From NCBI GenBank assembly GCA_964016885.1, contig OZ024741.1, positions 60,202,001 to 60,266,000 of the forward strand: a stretch of DNA of 64,000 nt, read 5' to 3'. Under the pieces are notes generated by a model. That model did not search any database. It saw only the letters and a list, made by a program, of their open reading frames with translations, and had not been told where the DNA came from. This DNA is from Eledone cirrhosa. Its lineage: Eukaryota. Positions 1 to 10,554 of the stretch are shown here, piece after piece. Made by a program: the position numbers and the translations under genes. Every line of letters starts with the position of its first letter. Position 1 is the first letter of the stretch.

Positions 1-25
1 ATGCATACACACATGCATCGGTAAT

Positions 26-128
26 ATTGTTTCTACTATTGGCACAAGGTCAGCAATTACACCAGTGCATTACTGGTGCTTTATTTTATCGACCTCGTAA
101 GGATGAAATGCAAAGTTAACCTCGGCGG
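26..128 (-). mobile_element. tRNA-derived SINE family A, 3' half only
   Basis: Matches the 3' half of the copies at 10077, 16348 and 59801 (ttgtttctact..ggcacaagg..ttattttatcgacc..ggatgaaa..caaagttaacctcggcgg). Confidence 0.85.
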
Positions 129-334
129 TAATAGTGACGTAAAATCATGTACCCATTTATATTTATTAAAGAGGGAGTTCGGCATGAGATTATTCTTCTA
201 AATTAAGATGGCTTTGTTCTATCTGTCTTCGAGCTGTTATTCATATGTGTGATATATAATTGTTCTTCTTACCGACAAATAGACACATCTGTCAGGCAGA
301 CAAACAGATAAATAAAGGTTGGCTGCTAGACTGA

Positions 335-630
<296 letters not shown>

Positions 631-632
<2 letters not shown>

Positions 633-1138
633 GAATGTAAGTATAGTATATTTGGCAATATTAAATTAAAAACATTTTGAAGACCTTGCGCTATCATTTT
701 AAAGTAATGACTATATCCCTTACTTCTTTGTTTTTCAGCAAAGAAGGGAGTGCAGCTGACAGATTCTGCTTGACACTGTTGGTGTTCCTCACAGCAACGT
801 ACTCCCTGCCTTGCCGAACATTTTCGAGGCTGGATTCTCATAGAATTCCAGTAATAATTAGCAACTGATTACACAGAGCGATTGCCGGTCCAGCAAAAAT
901 TGAAAATGTTTTTAATTAAACATACGGTATATTGCCAAATATACTATACATACATTCATGTATACATCGTTATTTCAGCGAACCATTCCTAATTTTCAAT
1001 TTTTGCTGGACCGGCAATCGCTATGTATAATCAGTTCCTGGTTATTACTGGAATTCTATAAGAATCCAGCCTCTATAATTTTCGGCAAGGGAGGGAGTGC
1101 GTTGCTCTGAGGAACAGCAACAGTGTGAAACAGAATCT
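631..1138. repeat. Nested fold-back repeat (inverted pLTR-like) upstream of a Penelope-like element
   Basis: 631-678 is the imperfect reverse complement of 903-960, and 761-907 is the imperfect reverse complement of 993-1138. Confidence 0.85.
1097..1138 (+). ncRNA. Hammerhead ribozyme motif (type I, truncated before cleavage site)
   Basis: gct-CTGAGGA-aca(gcaacag)tgt-GAAA-cagaatct; the inverted copy at ~750-800 supplies the missing gtc-agc (GUC site and stem I). Confidence 0.6.
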
Positions 1139-4100
1139 CAAGATACTTTAGAGAATATCAATAGATATCCCGACAAGATTGACGGTATAAATATGGCCGA
1201 CATCTCATTAACAGATGAATTCAACAACAACAACACAAATATATACGGCAACACTACGGTCGACTCTGATGAACTATCCATATTACAACTACCACCTAAG
1301 TATGCCACATTTAATAAGGTAAATATGATTAAATGCTTGTCAGAAATAGAAAAATCATTTACAAAATTACGTTGGAGCCCAAAAACAAAAACAAAAACAA
1401 AAATAGCAACATTCGCACACACACACATATATACAACACACATCTCAACAACAACAGACACACAGACACAAACAACAATAACAACAACCCACACATCAAC
1501 AATAATAACATACTCAGAAACAACAACAACAGACACGCAGACACAAACAACAATAACAACACACACAACAATAATAACATACACGGAGACAACAACAACA
1601 ACACACATCAACAACAGCACACATTAACAACAACAACAACAACAACAACAAACACACACACATATTCAATGCCTCTCACCACCACCACAATCTTAACAAA
1701 CACACAGACACAGAAAACATGTAATGACAGTAGCACAGAAATAAGGGAAGGTAATAGGATTGAAAGGAGCAGGGAGACAATGGACAGTGAAAATAACCAG
1801 GACGAACAAACAGACACACAAAATAGAGTATATAATAACAATGAGCCAGAGGAAAGAGACAGGAGTAATAATGAGAGACATAGAAACAACCATGAGGCTG
1901 TTGGTGGAAATAGAAATAGAAACAACACAACTAACAATAATAATAGCACTAGTACACATAAAGCAGCAGCCTGGAACTCTACTTTTTATAATCCCTCCGA
2001 TAAGTCGTTCGACCTGCGACGAGTCCACGCCAAGACTTTAGCTTTTAACAAACGCACGCAATTGCCGTCGCAGGTCGATGAACAAACAGAAGCACAATTT
2101 AGTATAGCTAGATCTAAACTTAGAAATATTATAGAACAGTATAGCAAGAAGCATAATAGAATGGAGGCCCAGCAACTGGGAGAAAAATCTGCAAATGTCT
2201 TGCGTAAGCTCATGCAGCGCACGCGTAATGGAGAGATAGCAAGCTTTCCAACAGACAAGTCTGTCAGAATGTCGGTTGACAGTCTGCCAAACTACATCCA
2301 GGGAATGCAACCCCACATCACTAACACAAGAGAAGTAACACCACAAGAGCATGAGGATAGAGAAAAAGCCCTCAATGCCCATATGATGATGTGGACAAAT
2401 ATAATTCAGCCCAACAAAAGGACTGCCAACAACTTCCACGCCTGGAACAATGACGTGCCAGCGTTGTATGGGCTTCGAAAAGACCATAAAACGAGCAGTG
2501 ACCCTGTCACAGGACCACCTACACAGCCAGTCTGTGGAGCTAACATTGCTAGTAACTACAGACTGTCCTACTTCCTCTCCATGATCATACGCCCCATCAT
2601 TGAAATGTCCCCAGATGTATGTGACAGAACGGAGGACCTGCTCAGCAGAATCGACGAGCGTAACCGATCTAGGGACTTAAAAAATTGCATAAAAATAGCA
2701 TAATAATAATGGATGTTGTGTCCCTGTATCCATCTATTGACGTGGATTTTGCTGTGGAGAAATGCGTAGAAATGATCAGTGAGAGCAACGTTGAATTCCG
2801 TGGGATTGATACCAGTGAGCTGGGACTCCTACTTAAACTTACCTATAGTAATAATTACCTAGATACATATGACCTTAGGAACCTGTGCCCTAAAAGACCA
2901 GCAAGAGGCAGACCACCTACCATTACCTCAATGGCCAAGAAAACCCACACAGATAGATGGAACGGGTGGACCATTGTCATACGGACCCCCGAAAACCACG
3001 ATAAACTAAAGAAAATAATTGCACATGCGGTGGGGGCCAGCATAAAATTAACCCTTAAGGAACATAAGTTCAAATTTAATGGAAAAACATATGCCCAAGA
3101 GGAGAGAGCAGCCATTGATATTAGCATTGCAGGCGACATAGCGAACCTATTTATGGTATGGTGGGACAGTAGACTTAAACTTAAAGAAAAATTAGAAGAC
3201 CCGTCAACCCTGATCATGTACTCCCGCTACGTTGATGATATAAACATCGTAGTTAAAAGACCCCTACTAGAGAACAGTCAGGAATTAGAGAAAAACACAA
3301 TGGAAAGCATCCAGCAAATAGCTAACTCCATCCACCAGAGTATTAGAGTTACTATAGACTACCCAAGCAAACACCCCAACCATCAATTACCTGTACTAGA
3401 CATAGAGCTCTGGTTAGATGCCATTAATAACAAAAAACAAATCCTCCATTCCCATTATGCCAAACCCATGACTTCCAAATATCTGATCGACCGAAACTCA
3501 GCTGTTTCGGACCATACCAAAATCAAAATACTGATTGCGGATTTGGTACGAGTGATGAGAAACGTGTCCCGCATATGCAACCCCAAAGTACTAGAGAGAC
3601 ACATACAACACTTCATCCACCGTATGCAGTTCTCTGGTTACAATCAGAGAGATAAAATCAGAGTATATAGAGGAGCCAGAACCAAATGGGAAAAAATGGT
3701 AAATAATGACACAAATGGGACCTGCCCCTTGTATAGGAGCACATTTTGGAATAGAATAGAAAGAACTAGGAATAAGGCTAATAGAATAAACTCAAGGTAT
3801 GATAGCAATAAATACCAGAGTGTAATGTTCATCGATACAACCCCTAGAGGTGAATTAGCTTACAAATTTAGAATGGCCCTAGATAAATATAAACTCAATA
3901 TTAAGATAGTAGAAAACCAGGTACCTCCATAAAAACACTTATTAGCAAGACATACCTTTTCAAAGACCTCCATGTATAGATAAGAAATGTATAATCTGTA
4001 AATTAAGCCCCCATATTACTGTAAAACTAGAAATGTAGTATATAGCATAAGATGTACTGAAGGACAATGTAGAGATAAAAATATAGTGTACATAGGTGAG

Positions 4101-4600
4101 ACAGCTCGTACTATAGGGGAACGGATAAATGAACACTGGCGAGACCTTCAAGATAGTAAAGAATCACCTGTACTCTACCAATATGCTAAAATAGAGCATA
4201 AGGGTAAATTAGAGAACATAGAAATAAAAATAGAATCTACACACAGAAAAGACGCAACGTTTAGACAAATCACAGAGGCAATAAACATAAATTAACTCCA
4301 ACCAAAATTAAATAGCAAACACGAGTGCAACAGCAACATCACAACTTACAATTAAGGACAAAATGAAAACACACACACGCACATAGAACAAACAACCAAC
4401 CAGTAACATGTAAATAAACAAATAAGTAAACGAATATAAACACACACGGACACCCGGATATAACACATGCGCAAACTAAGCACACAACACACACAAAAAC
4501 AAGATGGCGTAGGACAGAACAAAGGAGAGGCACAAAAACAAAGAAAAGAATCCCCAGTCACTGAAGAGGTCACATAATGTGTGACGAAATAACTTTGACA
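1139..4600 (+). mobile_element. Penelope-like element (RT plus C-terminal GIY-YIG), 5'-truncated and frameshifted
   Basis: ORFs 1333-2703 (FPTDKS, LYGLRKDHK), 2685-3932 (DVVSLYPSID, RYVDD, LPVLD) and 4086-4295 (YIGETARTIGERINEH, preceded by a Cys cluster and NVVYSIRC); hammerhead motif in the 3' end. Confidence 0.92.
4557..4600 (+). ncRNA. Minimal hammerhead ribozyme in PLE 3' end
   Basis: gtca-CTGAAGA-g-gtcaca(taatg)tgtgac-GAAA-taactt-tgac; stem I gtca/tgac, minimal stem III as known for PLE hammerheads. Confidence 0.7.
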
Positions 4601-5112
4601 ATATATAAACAACCATCTGGTTGTGGAACCAACCAACCAACCGGAAATTTATAAATTCCTAAATTTATAAATTTATTATAATAAATTGAAGTGAAAGGAA
4701 CTGGTGCGTGTGTTTCTTATTGGCAACATGACCCTCCCAAAGTATAACAATATCGGTTTCAACACACGTTTTCAGATAAAGAATCTTGCTAAACAAATTC
4801 AGAAACGAAATATATATATATATATATATATTATACAACGATGTGAGACTCCTTTTTCTAATAACCAATGTTTCACTATCTTATTAATTTGTTTCAGACA
4901 CGTTGGCTGAGAGCTTATGACGGGAGCGGAAATATTTGTTTTCTAATGTCCTGCCATCACGTAAATTTGTAAATCGGTGGCCGATCGAGGGACAGCATTG
5001 TATCAGATTCCAATTTCTAATCACTTTACTGTGACGGCCGTCACAAGCAGCCATAGCCGGCATGGATTGGAGTTGAATTCTGTCGATCGATTGGTAATTG
5101 ATTAGGCTATAC

Positions 5113-5221
5113 CCGCTGATGAAGTCACATGCACCGATTATGCATTGTTGCATAATATATGCAGACAGAGGGTGCGGTGCACCCTACTGCTGCATTAAGT
5201 GTGGCCGAAACCCCAGTTCGG
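5113..5221 (+). ncRNA. Type I hammerhead ribozyme with long branched stem II
   Basis: ccg-CTGATGA-a-gtcaca...tgtggc-c-GAA-ac(ccca)gt-t-cgg; ~84 nt stem II region contains hairpins ttatgca/tgcataa and agggtgc/gcaccct. Confidence 0.65.
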
Positions 5222-5596
5222 CAACTACTATAGGTTCCCGTTTACGTGTGTTGTATTGAAGCGAATAACTATGTGTATACTCTGGGAGTGTATTTTACAT
5301 TACCTATTGAGTACGTTGAGATGCAACCGGTCCTAGCATTGATACATATGCTGGGTCCGTCAACTTATTATTATATATATATATATTTATATATATATAT
5401 ATGTATGTACGTATGTGTGGTGTGTATGTGTATGTATATATATATATATCAAGTAAGAATATTTTCGAAACAGCGAGTTGGTTTGAAATTATTAGAAATG
5501 TAAGCTATCGCCGTATTTTGACTAAAGAAATTAAATAAATTATTTAGCCTGATAGTGGGGTTAAGAACCCTCGGAGAAATGGAAAAAGATGAGTAT

Positions 5597-5661
5597 TGAT
5601 GTACATGGGAGTCGAACCCACATCTTTGGTTATCCGGACCACTGTGCTACCATTTACACAT
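5597..5661 (-). other. tRNA-like cloverleaf (Pol III A/B box module), not a bona fide tRNA
   Basis: Minus strand: D arm tgtgt(aaatggta)gcaca, anticodon arm tggt(ccggata)acca, T arm gtggg(ttcgact)cccat, T5 run at 5583-5587; the 5' acceptor strand is missing. Confidence 0.6.
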
Positions 5662-6260
5662 GTGGCTTCATCAGCAGGTATCGCCTAATCAATTACCAAT
5701 CGATCAACAGAATTCGACTCCAGTCCATGCCGGCTATGACTGCTTGTGACGGCCGTCACAGTAAAGTAATTAGCAACTGGAATCTGATACAATGCTGTCC
5801 CTCGATCGGCCACCGATTTACAAATTATATATATATATATATATATTAGCAATGCTGGCTGTTAGTTTTTGCCAGCGATTTCAAGAAGTTAAAAAGTTCA
5901 ATAGCAATTTGTTAGTTTGTGGTACAGGAGATCCAATCTAAAGACATAAATTGATTTGATATCCATAACAGTATAAGAATACTTTTATCGAATTTGGCGC
6001 CATAAATAAATAATAACACATCATAGATAATATCTGACAATGATTTCCCTACACAATATTGAGATAAAGTTTTCTTTATATTTCCAAATGACAATATATA
6101 TTATACACTTTATAGAATCTGTCAAATATAATTCCGATTTGTATCAGGAGAAACTTTATATTAAATCTATCCTTACGTATATCGTAAAATCTGGATCCAA
6201 CTGTTCTTTTTTATTTTTATCTATAGTTCTTTCGTGTGTACCCCCCCCCCCCCACACACA

Positions 6261-6292
<32 letters not shown>

Positions 6293-6404
6293 GGTCAATA
6301 TTGAAATCCAGCGGAAAAATTTCATGCAATCCATATCTATTATATTTATTTTGGTAACGGAAAAATTCCAAAATTTTAGTCTAATATTTATGGTTGATGT
6401 GAAG

Positions 6405-6697
6405 GTATCTGGCTTAAATGTTAGGCTGCTAGGCTCTAGATCCTAATATCATCAGTTCGATTCATGGTGGCACAATGTTTCTTTACACTTCGTTTCACAT
6501 TGCTTCTCTTCACAAATGGAAATCATATCAGTATTTCGAAGGACCAGCTTTGTCACACACTCTACCACACTGAATCTCCAAAGTAACTGCGTTAACTCTG
6601 CCTGTATCTGTAGGATTCACAGCTACTTGGACGTTAGTTTCACGCACAGTTTGTTGTCTTCATCAAATCAACTGAAACACGCATCGTCCGAACCGAG
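6405..6697 (+). mobile_element. Degenerate tRNA-derived SINE (family B)
   Basis: A-box-like tggcttaaatgttag, B-box-like agttcgattc; body (ccagctttgtcacac..ctgaatctcc..cgttagtttcacg) resembles an octopus SINE as recalled, and is partly shared with 49900-49926. Confidence 0.5.
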
Positions 6698-6899
6698 AGA
6701 TCTCCAACACACATTTCTGGTTGCTAATATGGCTGCGCTTCAAAGAATTCTATTTTCCGCCATGGAGGAAATAAACAGTCTTGGAGAAGAACTGAAGTAA
6801 ACATGATTTCTACACATTTAGTAGATACAAGTACGTATGATTCTAACCATATCTGCTTCACGTTCATTTCAGCTCAGAATTCTTTTATTTTTTAAATTT

Positions 6900-7030
6900 A
6901 TTCAGTTATGAGACTACGGCCATGCAGAGGAACTGCTTTGATTTTGTCGTTCATATCGACCCCAGTACGCATGTCTTTAATTCTGGTATTTATTTTATAA
7001 TCCATTTTTTGCTGGACCGCTAAACAGACA
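6900..7030. mobile_element. Degenerate SINE-like fragment
   Basis: ttcagttatgagactacggccatgc..atcgaccccagtac..tttttgctggaccgctaa resembles a common octopus repeat (from memory only). Confidence 0.4.
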
Positions 7031-7189
7031 AACAGACACACACATATTCCACTCACAAGGGAAATTCTTAACCACAGTTATGCCCTCGTATATGTTCTTC
7101 TCTATGTGATGACTTTTGTTTGTGCAGATGTTCATAAATGAGTTGTAACTTTATTCCCTTAGGAGTAGTCAACTCTATCTGTAGATATA

Positions 7190-7330
7190 AGATTGCCGAA
7201 TGGTTAAGAAGTTCGCTTTGCAATAATTTAGTCCTGGATCGATCTCATTCTGTAACATCTTGGCGAAGTGTCATTTACAAAAACCTCGTGTCGATCATGT
7301 CTAGTTAGACGAAACCTGTTTGGACGCCCA
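7190..7330 (+). mobile_element. Degenerate tRNA-derived SINE (family C)
   Basis: A-box-like gccgaatggttaaga; shares gtcctg..gatctca and gacgaaa..gccc with the copy at 49730. Confidence 0.5.
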
Positions 7331-8174
7331 CTGATACTAATGGGGTTGATAACTTAGATTAATAGATGTATTTCTATAAAATAAAAACACAAACAGAATC
7401 AGCACCTCAAGCGCGCCTGGAAATAGCCTTGAAATTAACCATGCAGGATTTCCAACATATCACAGGAGCTAGAACATTTGGGAGCATTGTGGTGCTCTTC
7501 AAGAGTTAAGCTCTGTCCATAAAACAGTTTGTAGTCCCCTAGAAAACGGATCACTATATATTCTTTCCATGTTATTAGCATTTCTGGTGGAGCCTGGCAT
7601 GCGTTGTCCCGGTATTTAGCAACCCACCCTCCTGGAGATAAAAAGAATTGTGAGGAAAACTGGTCTGGGATCCGTTTGGAGATATTGGGCGATATTTCTT
7701 CACCTAATTCACCTTCCTACATGTGATCGATGAGAGCAAAATGCATCCGAGTCATACCCGAAAAATACAGACACAGAATAAGCAACTGATCACATAAGCA
7801 TCAATTTTGTGCCAGTGAGGAGATCAAAGTTTACAAAATCATGACCCTCATAGCGCAGAAGAAAAATATAGAAACAGACGGAAAACGTTTCAGTACCGGC
7901 ACAGTGATGGTGCCACAAAATCTCAAAATAGTCTCATTAGAAACATAACATTTCAAGGAGGATCATTGTTATGAAATTGGAGCCTCGAGTGTCAAGGCCA
8001 CCAGCAGGATTAAAAAGAGCTACCCAAAGGAAGCTGAAACAGACATGGCGATCAAACAACCAAATCTCCAAAAGCACCAAGAAGGTCAAACTGCAAAAGA
8101 TTATATAATGATATCCCGATGGAGGTACACACAATTATCCAGATCTACGGATCAAACGTCCTTCAGTCACACTA

Positions 8175-9050
8175 AAAAGCTAAGTGACCCTTCCCATCAT
8201 TTCCCCCTCTTTGTTAAACGTGGTTTTATTCACTCAGAATAGGCTGTATAAATTCACGTGGCTTTGATTCGTGTTGGGAGCAGGGCCATTTGCTCAACAA
8301 CCTCGGATCAGTGAACATAAATGTGATAGCTAACTGTGGAACCAGAATTCCCGAGGCACGAGCCTTTGCACTCATTGTTGGCGGCGATAAGGTGTATGCA
8401 TTCCCAAGTCGTCCACAATCTGGAGGTGAAATCGCTGTAATGTTTCGGAAAGGTTTGAAATCTCACAATACGAACCATCGTCCATGACCCAGAACGTTGA
8501 TTGTGTTGGACGTGACCAGCAACGGAGGGTGGGGGGTATGCATTCAAGCTAGCGGCTGTCTGTGAACCGACAGAGGCAGGACAGCATGATATCTTAAGGA
8601 TCTTGGTGAACCTTCTTAGAACGTCTCGCTCTTTGTGAAAGACTCTTAGTGGAAGACTGAAATGGCAAATTTGACCTACGCTGGGTATATCTGGGATAGG
8701 AGAGGAGGGTTTTAAAAAATTGCAAATCTGCATAGACAGTTCTATAGCTCTGTGAGGTACCGACTGAATGTACCAATTTCGACATGGTCAAACCGTATCT
8801 AGTCATCCAGATGATATCTAGAGAGAGTATTCGATGGGGAAGTAGATATCGCTATCATTGGGTGTCCACATTTCAATGTAGTCGACTATACAGACTACAA
8901 ATCTGTGATCTGTATAGTCAAATTAAGCTTCGTTTATAGGGAACCAGTTACTGGAAGGTGAATGCATTGTTTCCAGCTCGCAAATATTACAATCACCAGA
9001 TTAGCGAATTACTTAAGGCGGGTGTAGACAATCAATCGTCAACAACGTTA
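8175..9050 (+). mobile_element. Old degenerate Tx1/L1 fragment (APE endonuclease region)
   Basis: ORF 8290-8487 (LNNLGSVNINVIANCGTRIPEARAF..SRPQSGGEIAVMFRKGL) aligns with ORF2 N-terminus at 13549-13974; similarity continues to caatcgtcaacaac near 9045. Confidence 0.85.
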
Positions 9051-9059
9051 TCCCTAATG

Positions 9060-9860
9060 CTGACAAGGCCAAGAAATTCTGGAATTGGATATAGGGAAAA
9101 ATAGGAGGCATTGAAAGGATGCAAAGTGGATAGACACCATGAAGACAGAATTGCGAGGAGGAAATATACAAAACGATATTACAATAAGCACACTCAATGT
9201 GAAGGATCAAGTGGTCAAGATATCAAACTAGAAAGCCCCTAGACAAGAGAGGACCACGGTTTGTGGTTGAAGAGATGCAGTGCAATACACGAAAGGCTGG
9301 CAACACAATTGAATGGTTGTGTCCAGAGAGATGCAGTCCTCACCCGGATGGTTAGAGAGAGAACAACGCTTCTGATAGAAGTCTGGGGAATGCTGTGAGA
9401 AACTACCACTCTATAGCATGTCTACACATAATATAGAATATTCTCACTGAGATATTTGCGGGGAAGACATATGCCTTTCTGTTACAGGAAGGAATTCTAC
9501 CAAAGGAACACAAAGGATGTAGGAAGAAACCCCAGAGTACCAAAGATCACCTGGTTATTGGTAAAACAATTTGGAGGCATTGTAAAAAACACCACGCTAA
9601 CATGTCTATGGCATGGATTGACTTTAAGAAGGCATATGATATGGTGCCCCATTTTGGATTAGTGAATGTTTGCGAATGTTTGGTATTGCTGACACCCTCA
9701 CAACGTTTATGCTGAATAGTATACCGGGGGGGGGGGCACATTTTATACTAAGGCAACGTCTCTCTGGGAGAATTAAAAATTAAAAGAGGTCTCCTCCAAG
9801 GAATTAATTCCCACCGTTACTATTTGTTAGATTACGGATACCTATAACACTCACACTTCG
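9060..9860 (+). mobile_element. Degenerate R4/Dong-type RT fragment
   Basis: Remnants of KFW, EHKGCR, AWIDFKKAYDMVPH and IKRGLLQG, collinear with ORF 24056-26113. Confidence 0.75.
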
Positions 9861-10076
9861 AAAAACAAATATAGTTGCAGCACGCTCTTGCTACCAATTC
9901 GCTGAAATATAACAGCTACACAACTTTTGACAACCAAAAATACAACCTCTGTGAAAAGGAAGTCGAAAATGGAGCTCACTTGGTAAGTGGATATGAGATC
10001 ATTGCGCCAAAGGAGGAGGCCGAAAAGGAGGCAGAAGACGAAGGAAGATGCGGAGAAGGAGGAGGAATAATAATAA

Positions 10077-10261
10077 TTGTTTCTACTTTTGGCACAAGGC
10101 TGCAATAACCCAGTGCATTGCTGGTACTTTATTTTATCGACCCGGTAAGGATGAAAGGCAAAGTTAACCTCGGCGGGATATAAACTCAGACCGTAAAGGG
10201 ACGTAACTATGCTGGAAAGCATGGTGTCCGACCCTCTACCGATAAGGCCAATTCACCGCCC

Positions 10262-10262
<1 letters not shown>
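10077..10262 (-). mobile_element. tRNA-derived SINE family A, full length
   Basis: Sense ggcggtgaattggccttatcggtag (A box)..gagtttatatc (B box variant)..ccttgtgccaaaagtagaaacaattattatt. Confidence 0.9.
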
Positions 10263-10295
<33 letters not shown>

Positions 10296-10554
10296 TTTCT
10301 TTATTAACCACAAGGGTTTACATAAAGTAGACATTAAGAACAGTGCAGGACAATGCAGGACGGTACAAATGGGCATTTCTGCGTGTAAAAAACAAAAACA
10401 GAGGATGTAACAAAAATAACAATGAAAATAACAATGAAAAATTCCCCAATAGGGGGGAGACTTCGGAGGGACATTTGTGGAGAAAGCCCAGTAAAAAGCC
10501 ACAATGACCCTGACCACCAAGGCAAGTGCCCTCTCCCAGTTTTCCACCTTTAAT

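Larger units (their letters stand above)
4964..5826. repeat. ~165 bp inverted repeat pair (4964-5131 and 5659-5826)
   Basis: The arms are reverse complements; the ORF track shows near-identical translations on opposite strands (4884-5153 minus, 5589-5849 plus). Confidence 0.9.

Noticed and set aside
5597-5661. Functional tRNA gene (GGA in the anticodon position)
   Set aside because: No 5' acceptor strand, no U33, no long variable arm expected of tRNA-Ser; kept only as tRNA-like.
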